Below are positions 55,693-64,000 of a DNA stretch of 64,000 nucleotides, one piece after another. The notes beneath the pieces were generated by a model that worked only from the letters and a program-made list of their open reading frames with translations, was not told the DNA's origin and made no database searches. How positions within the stretch are numbered: position 1 is the first letter of the stretch; the number at the start of each line of letters is the position of its first letter. The stretch covers positions 1 to 64,000 of the IMG/VR virus record IMGVR_UViG_3300048606_000166; one strand, written 5' to 3'. This stretch comes from a virus (Duplodnaviria; Caudoviricetes). The position numbers and the translations under genes were made by a program.

Positions 55693-56928
55693 TTAGGCTG
55701 GTTTCTTGACGATCTCGACCTCGATGGTCTCGGCGGTTTTGCCAATGCTGATGACGCTCTCGCCCGCGACGGCTTCCGGCACACCTGGCACACTTTCGGT
55801 CGGCACGCCCGGCATCTGCTCGAGCCGAATGCCAACCACCCGAAACTCGCCCGAGAAATATTGGACGTTGGTCTCGTCGCCGACGGGCTGCACCCGGGCG
55901 CCGCCGGCGCCCATCGAGGCGCGCATCTCGTACTCGACATACCCGAGGGACACGTCGCCGTAGCGCCGCGGCACGCGAAGAACGGTGTTCTTTTTGAAGA
56001 AGAGCTTCACCGCTTGGAGCAGGTTCAAGAGCTCGGCGTCGTTGTCGCTCGCGCCGACGATGTTGCCAACGAAGTCGACGACGACCGGGGGCCGCGAGGT
56101 GATGAACGTGTCCGGCGAGCTCGCCTCGGAGTCTTCGGCGGGGAGTTGCCGCACCTCCTCGCTATCCGGAAAAGACACCCCTGCGAGCACGATCCCAGGC
56201 AACCGCGAGAGGTAGACGATGTTGAGCGAATCGCCCGTCGTGTCGTCGTAATCGGTGTGCGTCGTCCACGCGACGTTATCGAGCACCTGCCGCCGGAGCT
56301 CGAGCACGAACTGCCCGACCGTCGTCGTCAGATGCCCCTCGACCGAGAGATCGGGGCGCACCGGCGTGAACGCGCGCGCAAGCGTGCCGAGCTGGTCGTC
56401 GATCGGCTCGCCGCTCTGGTCGAGGTTCTGCACCGTCACGTCGTAAGCGCCCGAGGACACGACCAGGTGCGCGCCCGTGCCCGCCGTCGTCAGCGCGACC
56501 ACGGCGCCGCCCGGCGACTCCGCGAGCGAGAAGTGCCCCGCGTCGACCGAGACGACGTAGTAAGCCTTGTCGAGCTTGAGAGGCGCCGGCAGCGTGCCGC
56601 TCGTCTTCATCTCGACGCGCCGGCCCGCGGCGAGATGGTGGTTTGGGCGCGCGAAGACGTTGCCGAGGACGGTGACCGCCTGCTCGAGCTGGATCGGGTC
56701 GAGGATGGGCGACTGGCAGTAAATCAGCTGCTCGCTCCACACCTCGACCTCGAGCGCCGCGGCGTCGCCGAAGTAGACCGCAACGTCGGGATTTCTCACC
56801 GGCACCGGCACGACGCCCGCCGGCGGCTTCGGCGGCAAGGGGAAGTTGCCGCCAGAAATCTCGATGAGCTGCCGGCCGCCGGTATGGCCGCTCTCGGGCA
56901 GAACGCGGGTAACGATCGGCGAGGGCAC
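55693..56928 (-). CDS. Tail terminator-like protein (Pvc16-like C-terminus) with N-terminal IPT/TIG domain
   Basis: P.VT.V.P.SG.T.G....I.G.NF IPT/TIG start; position between neck and sheath. Confidence 0.6.
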   Translation of the reverse strand: MPSPIVTRVLPESGHTGGRQLIEISGGNFPLPPKPPAGVVPVPVRNPDVAVYFGDAAALEVEVWSEQLIYCQSPILDPIQLEQAVTVLGNVFARPNHHLAAGRRVEMKTSGTLPAPLKLDKAYYVVSVDAGHFSLAESPGGAVVALTTAGTGAHLVVSSGAYDVTVQNLDQSGEPIDDQLGTLARAFTPVRPDLSVEGHLTTTVGQFVLELRRQVLDNVAWTTHTDYDDTTGDSLNIVYLSRLPGIVLAGVSFPDSEEVRQLPAEDSEASSPDTFITSRPPVVVDFVGNIVGASDNDAELLNLLQAVKLFFKKNTVLRVPRRYGDVSLGYVEYEMRASMGAGGARVQPVGDETNVQYFSGEFRVVGIRLEQMPGVPTESVPGVPEAVAGESVISIGKTAETIEVEIVKKPA

Positions 56929-56934
56929 GGCGGC

Positions 56935-57282
56935 TTACGGAGTCGGCGGATTCGGCTTACGGTACCAGCCGACCCAGAGCGAGCCCCCGCCGACGGCGGA
57001 AATGCGCTCGTAGGAGGCATGGTGCCACTGGCCTGCTTTGTAGGGCATGAGCGCGATGCTCGCCGGGTCGTCTGCCGCACGGCCGGTCACCGTCGTGTCG
57101 ATGCTGAGCAAAATCGCATCGCAGGGCCCCTCGTCGAGCGCCGCGTCGGCCGGCGTATGCGCGCGAAAATACCCGAGCGTCGTGCGCACGTACTGGTTGC
57201 CGCGCTTGTCGCCCCAGCTGTAGCCGCGCTCGTCGCCTTCCTTCAAGTCGTCGTCGCCTGCCTTCGGCACGCGTTGTCGCAT
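56935..57282 (-). CDS. Hypothetical protein
   Basis: GGAGG RBS; 115 aa in neck region. Confidence 0.65.
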   Translation of the reverse strand: MRQRVPKAGDDDLKEGDERGYSWGDKRGNQYVRTTLGYFRAHTPADAALDEGPCDAILLSIDTTVTGRAADDPASIALMPYKAGQWHHASYERISAVGGGSLWVGWYRKPNPPTP

Positions 57283-57309
57283 GGTGGCCCCCTCCCCGCG
57301 CGGCCCAAT

Positions 57310-57912
57310 CTATCCCAGATGCGGCAGCGAGAGCTTGCGGATGCGCTCGAGCACCCGCTCGCGCACGAGCGCCGGCGAGGCGTGCTTTTTGAAAATCGGC
57401 TCGAGAAAGGGGCGCGCTGGGATCTTGATGCCCATGCCGCCCTTCTTGCTGCCGTCGGGTTTCATACCGCCCTTGCGCAGCATCGCGAAGAACCACTTGC
57501 GCTGCTTCGCGCTCATGGGATGAGGCCCCGAGCCCTTCTCTTGCCGCTTGGCGATGTCGACGAGGTTCTTGCCCTCGCGGTTGCGCGCGCCGCGCTTCAC
57601 GCCGACCCACACCCCGCCCGACGGCGCTTGGATGACGACGACGTTGCCGACGAGGTCGCCGCCTCGCATCATGATCTTCGTGCCGCCGAAGCCCTGCGCG
57701 CGCCGGATCGCGAGCGTCGCTTTACTGTGCGGCTTGAAGGGAACGCCCCCCGGGGCCCCCGAGAGGATGCCCTTCACCACCTCGGCGCGCATGTGCTCGC
57801 CCTCCTGCAGAACCGCCTGCCGGATGACGCCCCCATACTTGGCCGACAGAAACACCATCGCGCGGCTCGCCGCATCCCACGAGCCGACCTTGCGCATCAT
57901 CGTCGTGCTCAT
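57310..57912 (-). CDS. Virion morphogenesis / neck protein
   Basis: FKP.SKATL..R...G..K..GDL...IPARPFL motif. Confidence 0.8.
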   Translation of the reverse strand: MSTTMMRKVGSWDAASRAMVFLSAKYGGVIRQAVLQEGEHMRAEVVKGILSGAPGGVPFKPHSKATLAIRRAQGFGGTKIMMRGGDLVGNVVVIQAPSGGVWVGVKRGARNREGKNLVDIAKRQEKGSGPHPMSAKQRKWFFAMLRKGGMKPDGSKKGGMGIKIPARPFLEPIFKKHASPALVRERVLERIRKLSLPHLG

Positions 57913-58082
57913 TTGGCCTGCCTCCGCCTCTCGTCGCGCCTCCGTCTCTCGTCGCGCCAGCGCAGGATCGCCGGGCCCGTGAGCTTCGCGAGGAGCACGC
58001 CGAGCAATTGCGACAGGGCCACGATGGCAATCGCTTCGCACACAACCCCGCAGACGAAGTGCCAGGTGAGCGGCGGGGTCAT
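57909..58082 (-). CDS. 57-aa single-TM protein with Arg-rich C-terminus
   Basis: ATGA overlaps at both ends; FVCGVVCEAIAIVALSQLLGVLLA hydrophobic segment; not in the supplied ORF track. Confidence 0.6.
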   Translation of the reverse strand: MTPPLTWHFVCGVVCEAIAIVALSQLLGVLLAKLTGPAILRWRDERRRRDERRRQAK

Positions 58083-58591
58083 GGCGCCTGCGTCAGACCC
58101 TGCACGCGGTCGTCGAACGTGACGAGCAAGAGGTTTTTGCGGCCGCCGATGCCGAAGGCGATCGGCCGCGCCTCGACGCAGTACATGCCCGGCGGATCAG
58201 CGAACCGGCGCTCGAGCGCGCCCGTCTTCGTGTAGATGGCGTCGAGCCTGTCGTTCACCCGGAGCTTGGCGTCGCCGTTCGCGTCGACGAGCCCGAGCAC
58301 TTCGAGGGCGGAGAAGTGAAAGACGAGCCAGATCTTGCCGTCCGGCATGTTGCCGCCCGGCCCCTGCCGCTGCTTTTCGACGTTCTCGGTTTCGACCTGG
58401 CAAGGAAGGCGGATCTCGGCGAGCTCGCGCCGCGACCCCTTGCGCGCCCCCTCGGGCCCGACGGGCCGCTGGACGGTCGGCGCTCGGAACCGCTTGTCGT
58501 AGCCGACGGCCTCGGTGCCCGCGGTGTCGAGCCGGTAGAGCCCAGCGAGAAACGGGAAGATGAGCCGACCGCGCATGTCACGTATGGCCAA
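58079..58591 (-). CDS. Head closure / head-tail joining protein
   Basis: Position after adaptor; EIRLPCQVE...LVFH..L beta-rich pattern. Confidence 0.6.
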   Translation of the reverse strand: MAIRDMRGRLIFPFLAGLYRLDTAGTEAVGYDKRFRAPTVQRPVGPEGARKGSRRELAEIRLPCQVETENVEKQRQGPGGNMPDGKIWLVFHFSALEVLGLVDANGDAKLRVNDRLDAIYTKTGALERRFADPPGMYCVEARPIAFGIGGRKNLLLVTFDDRVQGLTQAP

Positions 58592-59345
58592 TGACGAGAG
58601 GGCGCATGAAGTGCTCGAGGATCTGGTCGACTTCCTCGTCGCCGGTCAGGTAGCCGCTCGCGCCGCCCATTCGGACCCCTGCCCCTGCGTCGCCGAGCCG
58701 GTAGGACTGATCGCGCGTCCTTTCCTCCATGACGCGGTTACGCGTGAACTCGGCGCGCCGCGCGTCGCGATCGGCCATCTTCGGCAGCTGCTTCATCACG
58801 AGAAGCTTGCACGCGTGCTTGATGAGGAGGGGAGTCAATCCCTCGACCGATGTGCCGGCCGGATCGGGATCGGTGTAGCCGAAGGTGCCCTCAACGACGA
58901 CGTTCTGCTGGCCCTGCGGCCACCGGCGGGCCCACCATGTGGGCACGTAGACGCCACCTGTCGAAAGCCAATTCGACCCGCGGCGCATGAACTCGATGCG
59001 CGGGTCGTGCCTGTCGTCGGGCGCGAGAAGCCCCTGCACGAGGTGGCGGTTATAGACGATGTATTCCGCGGGATCGACCGTGAACCTGTCCGGATCGGCC
59101 TGCAGCGCCTCCCACGTATCGAAGAAGCGCACGGCCGCGATCGCGACGATGGGCACGTCGAACTGCAGGCGCCGCACACCGTCGGAGTCGAGCGTCAGCA
59201 CGAGCTCGCGCGGCTCGAAGAACTGCCGCGTGACCCGATCGATGCGCGCCGTCTCGAGCGCGATGAGGGAAACAAGCCGCGGGTCTGCGGCCATCTCTGT
59301 GGTCACGCCCTCGTCGCGTAACTCCTCAACAGAGCAATACCCCAT
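58578..59345 (-). CDS. Head-tail adaptor protein
   Basis: Y.SVEELR.EG...A..ID..T.QFF...V.V.G.FGY...P..IK.AC..L. Confidence 0.75.
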   Translation of the reverse strand: MGYCSVEELRDEGVTTEMAADPRLVSLIALETARIDRVTRQFFEPRELVLTLDSDGVRRLQFDVPIVAIAAVRFFDTWEALQADPDRFTVDPAEYIVYNRHLVQGLLAPDDRHDPRIEFMRRGSNWLSTGGVYVPTWWARRWPQGQQNVVVEGTFGYTDPDPAGTSVEGLTPLLIKHACKLLVMKQLPKMADRDARRAEFTRNRVMEERTRDQSYRLGDAGAGVRMGGASGYLTGDEEVDQILEHFMRPLVIGHT

Positions 59346-59351
59346 CGGCCG

Positions 59352-59360
59352 AACCTATCA
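59352..59360 (-). promoter_or_regulatory. Extended -10 late-type promoter (leaderless) for the adaptor gene
   Basis: TGA-TAGGTT with ATG 6 nt downstream. Confidence 0.55.
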
Positions 59361-59389
59361 CCCGCTCGAGCGGGGCGACCCCCGCGACG

Positions 59390-60019
59390 TTACCGGTCGC
59401 GTCGCTTGCTGCCCTCGTGACCCTGCTCGGTGCGCTTCGTTGGGTCGAGCGGCTCTTTCTCGGCCTCTTGGCCAAGCGGCTGCGCCGGGCGCCCGGGGGC
59501 GCCGGGTTGGCCGACGAGGTGCGGCTGGCCCTGCTGCTCGGGTTGCCCAGGCAAGTTCTCGGGCTCTTTGCGATCGCCGCGGTACCCAGGGCGCCCCGGC
59601 TGCGGCGGCTGGCCCGGATTGGCAGGCGGCTGCTCGCCGGGCTGCGGCGGCTGCTGCGGATAGGGCGGATGCGGCCCCGGTTGTTGCGGCTGCCCCGGCC
59701 CCTGCTGCTGCACCACCTGACGACGCACGGCGGCGTAGTCGGCGATGCTTCGGGGGTTGTCGGGCGTGCCGGCCGGATCGGCCAGGCGCTTTTCGCGAAG
59801 GTCGATGTCTTTCGCCTGCTCGCGCTCGGCCACCTCGAAGACGCGTTCGCTGCTCTCGGGATTCAAGTCGTTCTCAGCGTGGTCGCGCAGGCGCTTCGCG
59901 AGATCTTCGGGGCAGTTGTACCACCCGCCGGCCTTCGTGAACGTGCGGCCCTCGACGACTTGAGTGGACCTGCCGGAGCTCGGCCTGATGCGCACCAAGT
60001 ATTTCGATTCGGTTGCCAT
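59390..60019 (-). CDS. Hypothetical protein with Pro/Gln/Gly-rich tail
   Basis: GGGGGA RBS; globular N-terminus plus QPG-type repeats. Confidence 0.7.
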   Translation of the reverse strand: MATESKYLVRIRPSSGRSTQVVEGRTFTKAGGWYNCPEDLAKRLRDHAENDLNPESSERVFEVAEREQAKDIDLREKRLADPAGTPDNPRSIADYAAVRRQVVQQQGPGQPQQPGPHPPYPQQPPQPGEQPPANPGQPPQPGRPGYRGDRKEPENLPGQPEQQGQPHLVGQPGAPGRPAQPLGQEAEKEPLDPTKRTEQGHEGSKRRDR

Positions 60020-60093
60020 GGCTGATCCCCCCGCGCTTCCTTTCGCGCCCTTTAGCGGCGCCCGTGCCTGTTTCAGAAAAATGGTCAATTTTT

Positions 60094-60822
60094 TTAACCG
60101 ACGACGAGCCAGTCGAGCGTGCTCGTGTCGGCGACGTTGATGGTGCCCGCGGCGACCTGCGCCTGGATGACGAAAGACCCAGGCGCGCCCGGCGTTTTGG
60201 TCGGCACCGCATATTCGACCGTGTCGGTCGTACCGGCGGAAACCGTTCGGGTGAGAAAGACGCGCGAGCCGGCCGTCACCGTCGCCGGCACCGTGACCGT
60301 GCCGAGCACGAGCGTCGCCGTGCCGGACTGCTCGCCGCCGCTTGCGGTCTGGGCGAAGGTGAGGTTCGTGGTGCCGAGCGTGATGGGCGCGTTCGTGGTG
60401 AGCGCGTAGACCTTGTCGGCATTGGCCGTACCTTCGGCCACCGCCACAAGAACGTTCGGCTGCGCCTCGCCCGCGACATCGAAGTCGCCCGAGCGCGTGA
60501 GGGGCGCGGCCCCGGCCGCCACCGTGCCGACCGTGTAGATACCGTTCTGGCTCGCCGTCGACTGGTTCTTCAAGAGCACGCGGTCGCCGGCGACGAGCGT
60601 GACGCCGTCCATCGTGGTCGACGCCGCGGCAAGGCTCGCGATGTTGGCCGTCGACGCCGCGCGCACGTGGTGCGTCGGCGAAACACCCGCGGCGCTGCCG
60701 CCCTCGAGCACGGCCCTGTGCTCTTCGAGAATGTCGCGAAGGCAAGGCCTGCCCGAGGAGCCATCAGGGGTGAGGCCCGAGCCCCCTTCGCCGAAGTGCT
60801 TCGGTATTGCGGTGAGTCCCAT
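60094..60822 (-). CDS. Head decoration / fibre-like protein
   Basis: DGVTLVAGDRVLLKNQSTASQNGIY motif common in phage fibre proteins. Confidence 0.7.
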   Translation of the reverse strand: MGLTAIPKHFGEGGSGLTPDGSSGRPCLRDILEEHRAVLEGGSAAGVSPTHHVRAASTANIASLAAASTTMDGVTLVAGDRVLLKNQSTASQNGIYTVGTVAAGAAPLTRSGDFDVAGEAQPNVLVAVAEGTANADKVYALTTNAPITLGTTNLTFAQTASGGEQSGTATLVLGTVTVPATVTAGSRVFLTRTVSAGTTDTVEYAVPTKTPGAPGSFVIQAQVAAGTINVADTSTLDWLVVG

Positions 60823-60861
60823 GGATTTCCCCTTACCGGCTCTCGGGCCCCGGGCCCTTGG

Positions 60862-61176
60862 TTACGTCGAGATGACGAGGACTTCGAAGGTCGTGAGGTG
60901 CAGATCGCCCGACGCCTCGGCCCCGGTCGAGGGCACGATGATCTTCAGCTTGTCGAGGTCGTGGTCGTATTCGACCTTGAAATCACCATTCTTCAGGCTG
61001 ATGACGCCGAGGATGGTGCGGTTTGACAGCATCAAGGCGGAAAAGCCCGCCTGAAAGCCGGTCGGCCCGCCGGCCGTGTAGGCCGCCTCGCCGGGAAATC
61101 GGACGCGGTCGGCGAAGAGGGCGTTGGCCCCGACCGCGCCGGCGAACTTCATCAAGGTGAGAATCGGGAGTGACAT
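60862..61176 (-). CDS. Small capsid-associated protein (putative)
   Basis: Directly downstream of major capsid gene; beta-rich. Confidence 0.55.
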   Translation of the reverse strand: MSLPILTLMKFAGAVGANALFADRVRFPGEAAYTAGGPTGFQAGFSALMLSNRTILGVISLKNGDFKVEYDHDLDKLKIIVPSTGAEASGDLHLTTFEVLVIST

Positions 61177-61240
61177 GTCGACGGTCCTTCTGGGCTACCT
61201 GCCCCCTTGGAGCTTTGAGGTTTTGGTCCGGCTCGGCCTG

Positions 61241-62194
61241 TCAGTTGCCGGCGCTTGCGAGCACGTGCGTCGCCTTCACCGTCGCGGGCTCGTGAATGTA
61301 TTTGGCGTCGAGGCGCACCGAGACGACCGTGATGTAGACGCGCGCCGAGATGTCCTTGGCGGTCTCGACCTTGATGTCGCGCTGCATCCCCACCGCCATG
61401 TTTTTGGGGTCGACCAAAACGACGTTGGTCTCGTCGGTCGTGGTCCCGAGGTTCTCGGGGTAGACGGGCACGTCGATGACCGGGATGCCGGCATACTCGT
61501 CCGATGCCGACCGAACATCGGTCGTCAAAGCCTTGTCGCCGATCAAGGTCTGACGACTCGTCAGCGAATCGTGGTAGTCGATCATCGCGTTCTTGCTCGT
61601 CAAGAACATGAAGTTGCGCGAGCCGCGCCAGTAGAGCGACGGCATCGCCTGGATCATTTGCTTCAGGATGCCCTTATTGAGCCGCGCGCCGCCGGCGTCG
61701 ATGGCGTGGCTCGTCGTCTGCTTCAAAAACCCATTGAGGAGCCGGAGGTACGAATCGGCCGACGAGGTGTCACCGGTGATGATGAGCTCCTCGATGTCGC
61801 GGGCGACCGCCTTCGCCATCAGCTGGGTGATGAAGTTGACGAAGGTGTTTTGCAGGATGTTGTCCTCGACGGCCGCGTAGGGGATGTGGATTTCCCCGAC
61901 GAGCTCCTGCGTGTTGAGCGTCACCTTCCCGAAGTCGGGCCGGGCGCGGTCCGCTTCTGAAAGCGCGCGGCTTTCGACGGCCCCGCGGAGCACGCGGCCC
62001 GAGAAGCCAACCTTCGAGAGCTCCATGCTGGGCGACGACATCGGCTTGACGGTCAGCCGCGGCAGCAGGTTGCTCTCGGTGATGGCGATCTCGAAAAACT
62101 GCTTGCTCTGCTCGGGCAACAAGTAGCCACCCTCGTTGATGAGGTCGGCCACAACCATGTCGGCCTTTTGGATGAAGGTCTGATTGGCGGTCAT
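61241..62194 (-). CDS. Major capsid protein (HK97 fold, XkdG-like)
   Basis: GGYL.PEQ...F; V.L...EL.GE..I....VEDNI; A.D.EEL.I.GD; G..RDIKVE. Confidence 0.88.
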   Translation of the reverse strand: MTANQTFIQKADMVVADLINEGGYLLPEQSKQFFEIAITESNLLPRLTVKPMSSPSMELSKVGFSGRVLRGAVESRALSEADRARPDFGKVTLNTQELVGEIHIPYAAVEDNILQNTFVNFITQLMAKAVARDIEELIITGDTSSADSYLRLLNGFLKQTTSHAIDAGGARLNKGILKQMIQAMPSLYWRGSRNFMFLTSKNAMIDYHDSLTSRQTLIGDKALTTDVRSASDEYAGIPVIDVPVYPENLGTTTDETNVVLVDPKNMAVGMQRDIKVETAKDISARVYITVVSVRLDAKYIHEPATVKATHVLASAGN

Positions 62195-62261
62195 CGCTCT
62201 TCCTTTTGCTCGGCGGCTACCGCCGCATTGCCCTGCCCCTCAAAAAGTCTGCGAGTGCTGC

Positions 62262-63458
62262 TTACTTCCCGGTCGTTTGTGCGCGCTGCGATCGGCGTGC
62301 CGACAGATCGGCCGCCATGTCGTCGGGCCAGCTGACGCCAGCGCCCTTCACGACGGGGCCCCCCGTCGGCGAAGCGACGTTCGACGCTGGCACTTCGCGC
62401 GTCAGCGCCGCGAGGTCCTTCAAGGCCTTCTCGGTGAGAGTCTTTTGCTCGGTGAGCTGCTTTTGGACCTCGGGGCTCGGCGTCGCGAGCGCCTTTTGCA
62501 CCGTCTCGCCGATGCCCTTGATGGAGGCGTCGAGCTTCTCGAAGAGCGCCGCGAAGGCATCCGGTTCCGCCGCCTTCGCGGTCGGTGCGGCCGGCTTCGG
62601 GGCGGCCCCTTCGGCCGTCTTTTCCTCGCCGGTGAGCTCCAGGATCACCTCATCGAGCGAGCTTCGCATGGCCTGCAGGCGCTTGAGCCGCTCGCCCGCG
62701 ATCTTGCGCCCGGCCTTGGCGAGCGTGGCGAGTTCGCCGAGCCGCTTGGCGAGGTCGGCGGTGATGGTGGGCGCGGCCTTCGCGGCTTCGACGCCGGCCC
62801 CGCCACTCGCGGCGGCGGCGGCCGCGGCGAGCATATCGCCGACGGCCTGGATTTCGGCGATGCCCTTGGCGGGGTCCTCGCTCATCGTGTTCATGGCGGC
62901 AAACATGCGATCGCGCGCGGCGTTCACCGTCGTCACCATCGCGGTGTAGGCGTCGAGCTCCGCCTTGCGCGTCGCCTCGAGCGCCTTCTGCGCGGCCGGA
63001 TCGGCTGGCGCGCCCTTGTCGGCGTCGGCCGCTGCTGGCGCGCCCCCGGCGGCGAATTGCGAAACGAGGCCAGCCATGACCGCGGCAGACTCCTTCAGCA
63101 TCTCGCCGATGCCGTCAGGCACGGGCACGTTGTCGTCGATCTTCGCGTTCGACACGGCGCTCGCGATCGACTGGACTTTCTCGAGCACCTGCGCGAGCCC
63201 GTCCATGATCGTCTGCTTGGCCGCTGCCGGCATCGCCATCGCGCCCGCATCGGCCGGATCGCCGTCCGCCTTGGCACCCGGTTCGGGCGCGGTCCCTTCG
63301 CCCGCCTTCTTTACCGTCATTTCGCCCCCCGCCCTCTTGATCAAAACCCAGCGCCGGAGATTCGCCGCCATGTCGACGATGCTCACCTCTTGCGTGAGGA
63401 TGCCCGTCAGACGTGCCTTGGCCCCCTTCGGTGCGGGCTCGGCGGCGGGCTGTGCCAT
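62262..63458 (-). CDS. Capsid scaffolding protein (putative)
   Basis: EVSIVD.AAN N-terminus, Ala-rich coiled body, W..DM C-terminus; directly upstream of capsid gene. Confidence 0.65.
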   Translation of the reverse strand: MAQPAAEPAPKGAKARLTGILTQEVSIVDMAANLRRWVLIKRAGGEMTVKKAGEGTAPEPGAKADGDPADAGAMAMPAAAKQTIMDGLAQVLEKVQSIASAVSNAKIDDNVPVPDGIGEMLKESAAVMAGLVSQFAAGGAPAAADADKGAPADPAAQKALEATRKAELDAYTAMVTTVNAARDRMFAAMNTMSEDPAKGIAEIQAVGDMLAAAAAAASGGAGVEAAKAAPTITADLAKRLGELATLAKAGRKIAGERLKRLQAMRSSLDEVILELTGEEKTAEGAAPKPAAPTAKAAEPDAFAALFEKLDASIKGIGETVQKALATPSPEVQKQLTEQKTLTEKALKDLAALTREVPASNVASPTGGPVVKGAGVSWPDDMAADLSARRSQRAQTTGK

Positions 63459-63464
63459 GAGCGG

Positions 63465-63492
63465 AACCTAACAGAGCGGCACAGCCGGTCAA
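63465..63492 (-). promoter_or_regulatory. Late-type promoter (leaderless) for the scaffold-capsid operon
   Basis: TTGACC-16-TAGGTT, ATG 6 nt downstream. Confidence 0.65.
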
Positions 63493-63522
63493 CACCTCAC
63501 ACGGCACACAGTGAGCCGCGGC

Positions 63523-63999
63523 TTAGGCGAGGGGCGTCTTCGTGGCGAAGCCGGCAATCGAGTAGCCGGTAAGCTCGCCCTGTTTAATCTTCTTCCAGAG
63601 CTCGTCGTCCTCGATGCGCGTCTTCATCATCCAGGTGCCCTCGACGATTTTGGTGCCCGCGACGATGAAGTCGACCGGCGCAAGGTAGCTCTCGACGAGC
63701 TTCACAACGCGGTTGATGAGCGCTTTGTGTTGAAGGCCGATGTTGCGGTAATCGGTCATGTAAAGGTGCGCGGTCTGACGCACCTCGTCTTTCGAGTACG
63801 TGTCGCCTTGGGAGTCGACGTCGTCCGGAACGAGCACGACGCCGAGCACGGTCCGTTCCTCCTCCGTGGACTCAGCCTTGACGACCCGGCACACCCGGTC
63901 TGGCACACCGTCTTTGATGATCTCTGGCACATAGGGCGTCGCGTAAGCCGCGCGGAGAAGCACGTCGGTCGCCTTCGCGATTGCATCCATCGCCTTGGC
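63523..63999 (-). CDS. XkdF-like prohead serine protease (5' end outside window)
   Basis: V.G.VLVPD..D.QGD...H....V..VES....GTW......W..IK.GELTGYSI.G. Confidence 0.85.
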   Translation of the reverse strand, partial: AKAMDAIAKATDVLLRAAYATPYVPEIIKDGVPDRVCRVVKAESTEEERTVLGVVLVPDDVDSQGDTYSKDEVRQTAHLYMTDYRNIGLQHKALINRVVKLVESYLAPVDFIVAGTKIVEGTWMMKTRIEDDELWKKIKQGELTGYSIAGFATKTPLA

Positions 64000-64000
64000 G

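Noticed and set aside
53095-58122. 1675-aa + strand ORF
   Set aside because: Antisense shadow of the sheath, terminator and neck genes; Arg/Ala/Val-rich with no motifs; expected from high-GC codon bias
59390-60745. 451-aa ORF as one protein
   Set aside because: The 5' half overlaps the 60094-60822 gene in another frame; the real start is ATG 60019 with an RBS

Overview
High-GC window that is almost entirely a large temperate myovirus-type prophage, probably of a myxobacterium (host assignment is inference). The first ~450 bp look like host DNA: the end of an ester-cyclase gene, an ISL3 transposase remnant, a bidirectional terminator, and a 25-bp minus-strand tRNA-Asn 3' end that marks the attachment junction. 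The junction falls inside a reading frame whose stop overlaps the first gene of a ~17-kb translationally coupled + strand operon. That operon encodes DnaB, ASCH, a HerA-like ATPase, an orphan BREX BrxE-like protein, two DNA methyltransferases, a PD-(D/E)XK nuclease, SNF2 and RusA. Next come an XRE repressor with back-to-back promoters and a 14-bp operator found three times, a candidate annealing protein with SbcD and SbcC split by tRNA-Asn and tRNA-Cys, and a BrnT/BrnA toxin-antitoxin pair. From 25 kb to the right edge, minus-strand late genes encode lysis functions (GH73-like and SLT-like hydrolases, papain-like peptidase, holin-like/lipoprotein fusion), fibres, a contractile tail with eCIS-like parts, tape measure, neck, capsid, scaffold and an XkdF-like protease. 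An atypical tRNA (CGU anticodon on an initiator-like body) sits antisense within the tail genes. Terminase, portal and the integrase catalytic domain are not in the window and are predicted beyond base 64000. All family calls come from motif recognition by eye; no database search was run. The best leads are the orphan BrxE, the integration-severed gene/operon, the chimeric tRNA, the operator and leaderless-promoter circuitry, and the unusual lysis cassette.
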